IMG/VR virus record: IMGVR_UViG_3300033232_000028
Span: 1-41,838 of that record
Source: a virus
Direction: 5' to 3' (one strand)
DNA length: 41,838 bases
Shown: one piece after another, positions 16,084-23,228 of the stretch
How positions within the stretch are numbered: the first letter of the stretch is position 1
Layout: each line of letters starts with the position of its first letter
Translations under genes and position numbers: made by a program
Notes under the pieces: generated by a model
Seen by the model: only the letters and a program-made list of their open reading frames with translations
Database searches by the model: none
What the model was told of the DNA's origin: nothing

Positions 16084-17214
16084 TTAGATATCTTCATGCT
16101 TATGCAAGGTTGTTACAGTAACTACTTCTGCATCAGTAGCTCGTCTAGCTGGAGCAGGAGAATCACTCTGAAAATCACTCTGAGAATCACTCTTATCAGA
16201 TTTTGAGGAAGTTATTACTTCTCCTATTGCTCCATACTGCTGTTTCATTCTGTATCTTGCTTTAGCTCTTACAAATTCAATTTCACTAGAGTAATTTGTT
16301 CTAACTGGCATTTCTGTAGGTGCATTCTGCATCATTACCAGCTTGTTAGTTGTTTCTACTACATCCTCAGAGGAGAGTGTCCCATTCTTAAATGCTACAA
16401 TATCGAAGTCAGAGAGACATAGGTAACTGCTTTGTGAGCGTTTTCCTGCCCGCAATAAATCCATTAAAGATGCAGCACTGATCGAACCATGAGGAATATG
16501 CTCTTCACAATGAGTAATCAATTCTTCCACATCCGCTGCAGGATACTGAAATATCTTTTCTTCACGAATACATGCAGTAATGATTTCTTTCCAGTAGTTA
16601 GCTAATGTTATTGGATTTTTTGTTAGAGGATGTAAAAGTACGAATGATGGAAACTGTCCAGCTAATTCCGCCCAATTAGCAAGAGCGATAGAGTATTTTT
16701 TAGCATTCTTTAGTTGTGTTGATTTAATCATACGCTCTAGTGCATACTCGCGCCTTGATATTCTCTCTTGTTCTGTTTGTTCTTTATATCCGCGCATGAA
16801 TTCAAGGAATGATTCATGCCAAGCTTCTACCCAATGCTTTACATTTTCAAGAGTGCAAGTGTCCCGAGTAATTGCAAATGATGGGAGTACAAACTTAGGA
16901 TGATGAATCAGATTAATTTTACCAATGATTTTGATCAATGGCTCCATATTAGTTGCTACTAATGCATCAGTGTTATTTGTTCTATGAACTGCATGTCTCC
17001 ACTCAAGTAATGATGTTGAATTCATGAGAGCAAGAAATAGGAGATATGAGTCAGTGGTTGTTAATTCTCCGGCACTCCATTTAGAGGAGTAACTTAGCAG
17101 CTTGTGTTGAGGTAATAGGAATACTGGATGGGAACATTCAGAATTGTTTAATGCCATTGGAAAGTGGTCGCATTTAAATACGATTCCACTGTATGCACAT
17201 GTTATTGTTGCCAT
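16084..17214 (-). CDS. Hypothetical protein (376 aa) with an N-terminal Cys/His cluster
   Basis: AAAGGAG RBS. The N-terminus is CAYSGIVFKCDH...ECSH. The C-terminus carries the low-complexity SDKSDSQSDFQSDS tail. Function unknown. Confidence 0.65.
   Translation of the reverse strand: MATITCAYSGIVFKCDHFPMALNNSECSHPVFLLPQHKLLSYSSKWSAGELTTTDSYLLFLALMNSTSLLEWRHAVHRTNNTDALVATNMEPLIKIIGKINLIHHPKFVLPSFAITRDTCTLENVKHWVEAWHESFLEFMRGYKEQTEQERISRREYALERMIKSTQLKNAKKYSIALANWAELAGQFPSFVLLHPLTKNPITLANYWKEIITACIREEKIFQYPAADVEELITHCEEHIPHGSISAASLMDLLRAGKRSQSSYLCLSDFDIVAFKNGTLSSEDVVETTNKLVMMQNAPTEMPVRTNYSSEIEFVRAKARYRMKQQYGAIGEVITSSKSDKSDSQSDFQSDSPAPARRATDAEVVTVTTLHKHEDI
16160..16195. repeat. In-frame imperfect tandem repeat, 12 bp x3
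   Basis: gaatcactctga / aaatcactctga / gaatcactctta, within the 3' end of 16084..17214. Confidence 0.85.
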
Positions 17215-17260
17215 CTCTTTTAAACTCCTTTAATGATAGACTCAGTTGAGTTAACTTAGA

Positions 17261-17286
17261 TTGCTGTATTGAGTTGCTGTATTGAG
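17261..17286. repeat. Tandem repeat (ttgctgtattgag)x2
   Basis: Two perfect 13-bp units directly abut the TAA stop (17287-17289) of 17287..17490. Confidence 0.9.
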
Positions 17287-17490
17287 TTATCTTGTATTTA
17301 CAAACCGTTCAATAGTTCCAATTGCATTTAGATATGCTGGATCATCCAATGTGCATACTTCCCTGATTACTACTAATGCTGCTTTTACTTCCCTGATATG
17401 TGGAGGAGTAATACTGAGAGGTACTACTGCATTCACATGTGCTACTGATACATCTACTGGATTAGCTGGGTCTATTTGAATTTCTAGCAT
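17287..17490 (-). CDS. Hypothetical protein (67 aa)
   Basis: ORF only. An opposite-strand ORF of equal size also exists. Operon context favours the minus strand. Confidence 0.45.
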   Translation of the reverse strand: MLEIQIDPANPVDVSVAHVNAVVPLSITPPHIREVKAALVVIREVCTLDDPAYLNAIGTIERFVNTR

Positions 17491-17538
17491 AATGTTATTA
17501 TAACCTCATATTATTAAGTTGTTGTTAGGATTGCACTC

Positions 17539-18186
17539 TTATACATCTGTGAACTTAGATGCTGCTACTTCTGGCTCAATCTCAGCGCCTGTTACTAATG
17601 AGCTAAGTACTGTTAGTTCTGCATCTTGAGTAGGGGTAAGACCTGACTCCATTGATAGCATAAACAACGTATTCATTCTTTCTTCTTGACTCTCCTTAGT
17701 TGGATATAACTGCTTAATTGCTTCAATTGATAAAGCTGTTTCATTGATTGATTGAAAGCTTGATCCTACACAGTGGGGCGAAGGTACTACCCTTGCTGCT
17801 GTTTGTCTATTTAATACAGCTTGTGCTAACTTATCTTTAGTACTTAGTTTCCAATATACATTCATTGGAGAGAACATAAAAGCTTCTCTCTTTCTTTTAA
17901 GTTTAGCTTGCGAAAAGGTGAATGTATCTGGATTATCAGGAAGTACTGAGGTATCAGCAATGAATTGTATTAATCCAGCAGTACCTCTCCACGCTTCTAT
18001 AATATCTTGTACTCCGTAGTTAGCATACATATTTCTCCAAGCTTTATAATAAGCTGGATACTCTTGTTTAATTGCTGCTTGCTTCTCAGTTGCAGATTCT
18101 AAATCTGGAGCATAAATATTTGCAATACTTTCATTATATTCTACCTCTAAATGTTCTGTTTGGCTCATTGTAATCGTGGCTTCCAT
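17539..18186 (-). CDS. Hypothetical protein, possible DNA-binding protein (Y..W..M ... W....F..F..D pattern)
   Basis: YKAWRNMYANYG...AWRGTAGLIQFIADT resembles a motif recurrent in phage DNA-binding and homing-endonuclease-associated domains. The match is weak. Confidence 0.5.
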   Translation of the reverse strand: MEATITMSQTEHLEVEYNESIANIYAPDLESATEKQAAIKQEYPAYYKAWRNMYANYGVQDIIEAWRGTAGLIQFIADTSVLPDNPDTFTFSQAKLKRKREAFMFSPMNVYWKLSTKDKLAQAVLNRQTAARVVPSPHCVGSSFQSINETALSIEAIKQLYPTKESQEERMNTLFMLSMESGLTPTQDAELTVLSSLVTGAEIEPEVAASKFTDV

Positions 18187-18208
18187 TGTGTAATTAAGTT
18201 AAATTTAC

Positions 18209-18370
18209 TTACAAATCAAACAAATCTTCACAGTATTCAGTGTCATCATCAAGTACTACCTGTTTAGGTTGTTGTTTTAATGATATTCCTGCTGCTACTG
18301 CATTCCTAGGTTTATATCCTATTTCATAGTGCAAACAGTGATGTGGACATATCTCTATTAACTTAGCCAT
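18209..18370 (-). CDS. Hypothetical small protein (53 aa from ATG 18370)
   Basis: The ATG overlaps the stop of the upstream small ORF (tATGGCTAA). The track start is the GTG at 18394. Confidence 0.5.
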   Translation of the reverse strand: MAKLIEICPHHCLHYEIGYKPRNAVAAGISLKQQPKQVVLDDDTEYCEDLFDL

Positions 18371-18500
18371 AAATTCCGGGCCAACCTCTATCACCTTTAG
18401 ATACTTTAAATGTCCATCCAGCTTGTCTTAGGCGAGTCGCTATTAGAGAGGATGTAGTTAGTATCTTTAATTGAACCTTGTATAATTCTAGGCTTTTCAT
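18363..18500 (-). CDS. Unannotated small ORF (45 aa, MKSLELYKVQLKILTTSSLIATRLRQAGWTFKVSKGDRGWPGIYG)
   Basis: ATG at 18500 with AAAGAGGG 6 nt upstream. It is the first ORF behind a perfect consensus promoter. It falls below the 60-aa cutoff of the track. Confidence 0.55.
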   Translation of the reverse strand: MKSLELYKVQLKILTTSSLIATRLRQAGWTFKVSKGDRGWPGIYG

Positions 18501-18512
18501 AGGAACCCTCTT

Positions 18513-18542
18513 TAATCATAATCATAATTATAATCATAATCA
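18513..18542. repeat. Tandem repeat (taatca)x5, one taatta variant
   Basis: The hexamer array supplies the -10 and most of the spacer of the promoter at 18527-18555. Confidence 0.9.
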
Positions 18543-18555
18543 TGTTTTTTGTCAA
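18527..18555 (-). promoter_or_regulatory. Perfect consensus sigma70-type promoter, TTGACA-N17-TATAAT
   Basis: The minus strand reads TTGACA (18555-18550), a 17-nt spacer, then TATAAT (18532-18527). The ATG of the small ORF is about 27 nt downstream of the -10. Confidence 0.85.
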
Positions 18556-18632
18556 CCCCCCTGTCCCATCCTGTATTTTGGATGGTGTTATCTATACTCT
18601 TTGTTATCCCTATGCCTAACTATGTTATCCCT

Positions 18633-18675
18633 ATACCTAGATACCTAGATACCATACCTAGATACCTAGATACCT
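18633..18675. repeat. Iteron-like array: 21-bp unit atacctagatacctagatacc x2 (atacctag x5 in total)
   Basis: Read directly from the sequence. It is flanked by tgttatccctat x2 (18601-18612 and 18622-18633). Confidence 0.9.
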
Positions 18676-18862
18676 TATTACCCTGCATGGCTACGGTTCG
18701 TTTGTCTATATTACCCCCCTTCTTAAATTTTAAACATAAGAGGAGGAGAGATAGATAACAACTAGAGATTATAGGTAGACAGATAACAACACGTGAATAG
18801 GAGTAATAACATTAGGAGAGGGGAGAAAAAAGGGGTCAGGGAAAGGGGGGTCAAATCATTTT

Positions 18863-18904
18863 ATGAATATGATTATGAATATGATTATGAATATGAATAT
18901 GATT
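18863..18904. repeat. Tandem repeat (atgaatatgatt), about 3.5 copies
   Basis: 12-bp units. The array is an approximate reverse complement of the taatca array at 18513-18542. Confidence 0.9.
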
Positions 18905-18916
18905 AAATGGGGTTTT

Positions 18917-18952
18917 AAAAAACTGTCTACAAACTTAATCGAATGTAGACAG
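18917..18952 (-). terminator. Rho-independent terminator downstream of 19012..19656
   Basis: Minus strand: CTGTCTACA - 12-nt loop - TGTAGACAG (9-bp perfect stem), followed by TTTTTT. Confidence 0.8.
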
Positions 18953-18956
18953 TAGA

Positions 18957-18998
18957 TTAAAAACATCTAATTAAAAACATCTAATTAGAATCATCTAA
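18957..18998. repeat. Tandem repeat, 14 bp x3 (ttaaaaacatctaa, third copy variant)
   Basis: Lies 13 nt downstream of the stop of 19012..19656. It contains the core ATCTAAT, which is shared with the array at 21175-21216. Confidence 0.9.
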
Positions 18999-19011
18999 TT
19001 CAAACTCGCAA

Positions 19012-19656
19012 TTAAAGCGCCATCAACAAATCATTATCTGATTTTTTAGTCAATCGTTCAGTGAATCGAATTCTCAAATAATCTTCCGAATCAACAAATT
19101 CCAATGCTTTAATCATGTTAGCAGATTGTGAGGAATTGAATGAGGCAGCACCAGAAGCAAGTTTAGCAAATGAATCTTCATAACCTTTCAGAATCACAGT
19201 CAGTTTTGTTTCTTGATCAGAAGATGGAGCAGAATCTTCTGGAATTCCAAGCTTAGATGCAAACGCGAGCATTAATGGCTCTTTCAGTGATTCAGTAAAC
19301 CAAGCTCGAATATCATCACCTGTAAGGCGGCCAGATTCAGCCTGAAGATAGCTGACAACAGCACTTAATGCAATATCGTCATCACTGATTGAAACTGACC
19401 CAGACTCGATTTTAGTTCTGACAATCTTATCCTGCACTGAATGCACAAGACCTAGAAACTCATTCTTGAGTACTCCTAGATACGGCTCAACTTGTTCCCA
19501 GTCAGTAATCGGGATGCTAACAGCACGTGATGGTGGCTTAACTCCTGTTGCCTTATCAACCTTATAAGTCACCTTTGCAAGTCTTTGCCCCTCAAGAGGC
19601 TTAGTTTTACCGCTGACATAGCTGGTGACAGAATGGATGCTGGAGATATTAGACAT
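19012..19656 (-). CDS. Early hypothetical protein (214 aa)
   Basis: Third ORF of the first minus-strand unit, followed by a strong terminator. It shows by-eye similarity to 12037..12711. Confidence 0.7.
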   Translation of the reverse strand: MSNISSIHSVTSYVSGKTKPLEGQRLAKVTYKVDKATGVKPPSRAVSIPITDWEQVEPYLGVLKNEFLGLVHSVQDKIVRTKIESGSVSISDDDIALSAVVSYLQAESGRLTGDDIRAWFTESLKEPLMLAFASKLGIPEDSAPSSDQETKLTVILKGYEDSFAKLASGAASFNSSQSANMIKALEFVDSEDYLRIRFTERLTKKSDNDLLMAL

Positions 19657-19670
19657 GATAGGCTCACTTT

Positions 19671-19694
19671 CAATTAATCAATTAATCAATTAAA
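19671..19694. repeat. Tandem repeat (caattaat)x3, third copy caattaaa
   Basis: Lies immediately upstream of the start region of 19012..19656. Confidence 0.9.
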
Positions 19695-19762
19695 TTACAT
19701 TCCGGCAAGATTGCCGACACAGCCACCAAGTTATTAGAGGCTGTATCTGTAACCTTATCCTG

Positions 19763-19927
19763 TTACCTTGTTGGATACTTACCAAACATCATGTAATAGC
19801 ATGAGTCAAAATCAACCCCAAGTTTAGCGCAATGCCGCGCAAATGCCCAGTGTCCCCACTGTTTAATCTTAGCTTCTGCTTTCTCAATCTTGATGGTTTC
19901 CATTGTTGTTTCCATTGTTGTTTCCAT
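19763..19927 (-). CDS. Unannotated small early ORF (54 aa, METTMETTMETIKIEKAEAKIKQWGHWAFARHCAKLGVDFDSCYYMMFGKYPTR)
   Basis: The start overlaps the upstream stop (TAATG). The first 11 codons are a 12-bp tandem repeat. Below the track cutoff. Confidence 0.5.
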   Translation of the reverse strand: METTMETTMETIKIEKAEAKIKQWGHWAFARHCAKLGVDFDSCYYMMFGKYPTR

Positions 19928-19931
19928 TATG
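19896..19931. repeat. Tandem repeat (gtttccattgtt)x3, third copy ends atg
   Basis: Encodes METT METT MET on the minus strand. Confidence 0.95.
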
Positions 19932-20088
19932 CTATCACCTCATAAACATTGTTAAACCTGCCATAACCAAACAGCTTAGGGCTAAGTATTTGTGCGCTCC
20001 TGAGACTCTTAGCAATGATACAGCCTAGCCGCTTACCTGTTGTAATGTCAATGACAATGTAATGGTTGTAATGGTTGTAATGGTTCAT
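19927..20088 (-). CDS. Unannotated small early ORF (53 aa, MNHYNHYNHYIVIDITTGKRLGCIIAKSLRSAQILSPKLFGYGRFNNVYEVIA)
   Basis: ATG at 20088 is preceded by GGAGAGGGAAG. It is the first ORF of the minus-strand arm, and its N-terminus is a 9-bp tandem repeat. Confidence 0.5.
   Translation of the reverse strand: MNHYNHYNHYIVIDITTGKRLGCIIAKSLRSAQILSPKLFGYGRFNNVYEVIA
20059..20085. repeat. Tandem repeat (gtaatggtt)x3
   Basis: Encodes (NHY)x3 on the minus strand. Confidence 0.95.
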
Positions 20089-20538
20089 ACTATCTTCCCT
20101 CTCCTATCTCCGTTGTTGATGTAGTTATTATAGTCATTCCCTTCAAGTTACCTATAGTACATTCATACTAATTTGCATAGTACATTCATACCACTGAGTG
20201 AGCAAGTGAGCAAGTGAGCTATCAAGTAAGTACCCACTAACATAACTATCTCCTGCAAGCAAGACTCATGCCAGCAACCAAGTAAGTAAGTGCTCACTAA
20301 CAAAGTGCCTACCCCCTGAGCCTTTTTTACAATCTGGCCGCTATCCTATCCTATAACGTTTACCAGATTTTCCTAAAAAATTTACAAAAACTCCACATAG
20401 TCAGGTAACTAACTACTTCATTCTGCAAACCCTACTAACACTAACTGCACTTCTCTGTCATAATGTTCATAATGTTACTATTCTGTAAGACAATAGCATA
20501 CACTCCATCTGCGCATACACTCCTGTAGGACTCTAATC
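20089..20538. promoter_or_regulatory. Divergent noncoding control region between the early (minus) and late (plus) arms
   Basis: 450 bp without credible ORFs, dense in direct repeats. These include atagtacattcatac x2 (20154, 20177), gtgagcaa x3 (20198-20221), caagtaagta..cactaaca x2 (20223, 20279), ctatc x3 (20341) and cataatgtt x2 (20459). Only weak -35/-10 candidates are present. Confidence 0.6.
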
Positions 20539-21180
20539 ATGCAATCTACACCAGCTGCACAATCTAACATTCAATCAAGTACTCATGGCATCGCTTCCAG
20601 CACTGAGGAGCGAGCACTTGTTTTACTTGGCCAAGGCATTTCACCTGAAGCAACTGCTTCTGCTTGTGGAGTATCAGTATCCAGAATCTCACAACTTCTC
20701 TCTGAGGACTCATTCGCTGCTGCTGTTGCAGCTCTCAGGTATGAAGCACTTCAGAAACACAATGCCCAAGATTCTCAGTATGATGAAATAGAATCAGCAT
20801 TAACTAAGAAATTCAAAGAGTCTATTCCTCTCATGATGAGACCGATGGAGATACTGAAAGGATTACAAGTAATTAATGCACAGAAAAGAAGAGGAAGTTC
20901 TGCTCCTGAATCTATCCTCGAAAAGCAACAAGTAGTTAATATCACTCTACCATCTGTTATCATTAACAACTTCACCAACGCAGCTCTAACTACCAATATC
21001 CACAACCAAGTAGTTAAGGTTGGTGATACTGATCTAACCACAATGCAATCTGGCACACTGCTGAATTCGCATAAAGTAGCAGAAGGATTAAGAAATGAAT
21101 CAGTCATTCAAGAACGAGTTAGAGAACTCACAGCTCCAACAATCCAAGAGCCTCCCAAATCAAAATACGAAGATATCTAA
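20539..21180 (+). CDS. terS: Terminase small subunit-like DNA-binding protein
   Basis: First late gene, directly upstream of terL. It has an N-terminal HTH-like segment, LLGQGISPEATASACGVSVSRISQLL. Confidence 0.5.
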   Translation: MQSTPAAQSNIQSSTHGIASSTEERALVLLGQGISPEATASACGVSVSRISQLLSEDSFAAAVAALRYEALQKHNAQDSQYDEIESALTKKFKESIPLMMRPMEILKGLQVINAQKRRGSSAPESILEKQQVVNITLPSVIINNFTNAALTTNIHNQVVKVGDTDLTTMQSGTLLNSHKVAEGLRNESVIQERVRELTAPTIQEPPKSKYEDI

Positions 21181-21216
21181 TACATCTAATATATCTAATA
21201 TATCTAATATATCTGA
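21175..21216. repeat. Tandem repeat (atctaatat), about 4.5 copies
   Basis: 9-bp units. The TAA stop of the terS-like gene (21178-21180) lies in the first unit. Confidence 0.95.
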
Positions 21217-21360
21217 TCATGTAGCTAGAAACAAGGCTGCTGCGTTAGTAATACTGCATCGTCTCTCTGCATCTCTTCAAATGGATACAGCCTCAATGGT
21301 AGAAAGAACTAGCATAATCACAAGGACTGAAGAACTATAAGCTATGAGAAACTATATCAA

Positions 21361-22857
21361 ATGAGTGACAACCTCGATAGCAGTAATGATGTATCAGCAT
21401 CAACTGCTGAAATCCAACAAGCTGCTAAAGAGTCTCTTGACTTCTTAGCATCTCTTGCTATGCCTGCTGTATTTACCTTTCTGTATCCTCCAGTATTTCA
21501 AGCTGTGTGGAGATGGCTACTTGAGTACACTTACAAGGTACGAGACTTCAGCCAACTAGCTCTTGGCCTACCTCGCGGCTTCAGTAAGACAACAACAATT
21601 AAAATCTACATCCTGTTCTGCATTCTATTCACCTCCAAGAAGTTCATTCTAGTTATAGGCTCAACAGCTACTCTAGCTGAGAACATTCTCGCTGACGTAA
21701 TTGATATGCTGGAGGAGCCTAACATTAAGAAAGTATTCGGTGACTGGAAACTAGGAGTAGAGAAGGACACCCAAGCAATTAAGAAGTTCGGATTCAGAGG
21801 ACGTAACATCATCCTTGCAGGACTTGGAGCAGGATCTTCACTTCGTGGCCTTAACCTTAAGAACCAGCGGCCTGATGTAATGATCTTTGAAGATATCCAG
21901 ACTCGTGAATGTGCAGATAGCGAAACCCAAAGTGATGCTCTCCTTCGCTGGATGGTAGGTACTGCTATGAAAGCTAAGTCGCCTACTGGCTGCCTGTTCA
22001 TATTTGTAGGTAACATGTATCCTACTAAGCACTCAATTCTTAAGAAGCTCAAGACTAACCCTACTTGGATCAAATTCATTACTGGCGGTATTCTTGCTAC
22101 TGGTGAATCTTTGTGGGAAGACCTGCAACCAGTAGAACAACTTAAGGCTGAATTTGCTAATGACTTAGCGATGGGACATCCTGAAATCTTCTATGCAGAA
22201 GTTCTTAATGATGACACTGCCGTAGCAAACAACTTAATTGATCTATCACTGATTCCTACTTATCCATTTGATGAAGTAGGTGAGATTCCAACTGGTAACT
22301 TTGTTATCATTGATCCTGCAACAGATAAGCCTGGAGCAGATGCTGTTTCAATAGGTTACTTTGAAGTATACGACACTAAGCCTGTACTTGTACATCTAAC
22401 TGAAGGGAGCCTGTCACCCTCAGACACAATTAGAATTGCACTTAAGTACTGTCTTACCCACAACTGTCGCTTAGTAGCAATTGAATCTAACTCATACCAA
22501 TACACGCTTAAGTTCTGGTTTGAGCATATCTGTCAACAGATGGGTATTCAAGGTATTGAAGCTGTAGACATTTACTCAGGAGTAATATCTAAAAACTCTA
22601 GAATCCTGACAATGTTTAAGTCATACCAAAGCGAAGAATTCTACATTCATCCTAGATGTAAAGCAGCTGCTCACCTCCAGATGTCTCAGTTTAATCCACT
22701 TAAGCGAGATAATACTGATGGAGTATTAGATCTACTTACTTATGCCCCTAAAGTAGTTGAGATGTATGGACAGTATGTGATGAGCCTTAACGTAATTAAC
22801 TCTGAAGATTACTCTCAACTAGAACTAACTGATGAGTGCAGTTCTTCACCCTTCTAA
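21361..22857 (+). CDS. terL: Terminase large subunit
   Basis: Walker A-like GLPRGFSKTT and Walker B-like DVMIFEDIQ. Nuclease-domain acidic motifs are VIIDPATD and VAIESNSYQ. Size is 498 aa. Confidence 0.85.
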   Translation: MSDNLDSSNDVSASTAEIQQAAKESLDFLASLAMPAVFTFLYPPVFQAVWRWLLEYTYKVRDFSQLALGLPRGFSKTTTIKIYILFCILFTSKKFILVIGSTATLAENILADVIDMLEEPNIKKVFGDWKLGVEKDTQAIKKFGFRGRNIILAGLGAGSSLRGLNLKNQRPDVMIFEDIQTRECADSETQSDALLRWMVGTAMKAKSPTGCLFIFVGNMYPTKHSILKKLKTNPTWIKFITGGILATGESLWEDLQPVEQLKAEFANDLAMGHPEIFYAEVLNDDTAVANNLIDLSLIPTYPFDEVGEIPTGNFVIIDPATDKPGADAVSIGYFEVYDTKPVLVHLTEGSLSPSDTIRIALKYCLTHNCRLVAIESNSYQYTLKFWFEHICQQMGIQGIEAVDIYSGVISKNSRILTMFKSYQSEEFYIHPRCKAAAHLQMSQFNPLKRDNTDGVLDLLTYAPKVVEMYGQYVMSLNVINSEDYSQLELTDECSSSPF

Positions 22858-23198
22858 CGGATCTCTCTATGCAACCTGATTCTGACGCCATCAATGTACT
22901 TGAACTTATCAATGCTTCTCATGGTGATCTCTTAATGAAACGAGCAGACTTACCTGATGATGATCCTCTCCAGCAACTTATTGCTCCATTTGAACATAGA
23001 GCATTTGCTAGAGAGCAAGCTCAGCAGAATCCAATAGCTACAGCTATTACTATGCCATTCATGATCCCCGGTTATGCAATGATGAAAGCATTAGGACTTC
23101 AATCAGGACGTACTCCAGCTTCCATTGAGCAAGTTAAACAAGGCTATCTTGGCTTGCATGAAGGCCTTAAAGCTTCACTGTTTGGCACACGCAAGTAG
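22836..23198 (+). CDS. Hypothetical protein (120 aa; alternative ATG at 22869)
   Basis: ORF between terL and portal. The GTG start overlaps the end of terL. Confidence 0.5.
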   Translation: MQFFTLLTDLSMQPDSDAINVLELINASHGDLLMKRADLPDDDPLQQLIAPFEHRAFAREQAQQNPIATAITMPFMIPGYAMMKALGLQSGRTPASIEQVKQGYLGLHEGLKASLFGTRK

Positions 23199-23228
23199 TT
23201 TCAAGCTAGTTTCAAGCTAGTTTCAAGC
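23196..23228. repeat. Tandem repeat (tagtttcaagc)x3
   Basis: Three perfect 11-bp units. The first TAG is the stop codon of 22836..23198. Confidence 0.95.

Noticed and set aside
18690-18712. A GGTTCG T-loop-like motif hinting at a tRNA in the island
   Set aside because: The flanking sequence gives no acceptor or anticodon stems. I could fold no cloverleaf by eye.
18549-18758. A 69-aa plus-strand ORF in the noncoding island
   Set aside because: It has a TTG start and no RBS. Its sequence is made of the iteron repeats (IPRYLDT x2). It is antisense to the local transcription direction.
21095-21340. An 81-aa ORF overlapping the terS-like 3' end and reading through the ATCTAATAT array (ISNTSNISNISNIS)
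   Set aside because: It has an 86-nt out-of-frame overlap and no RBS, and half of the product is repeat-encoded. I kept it only as a remote frameshift possibility.
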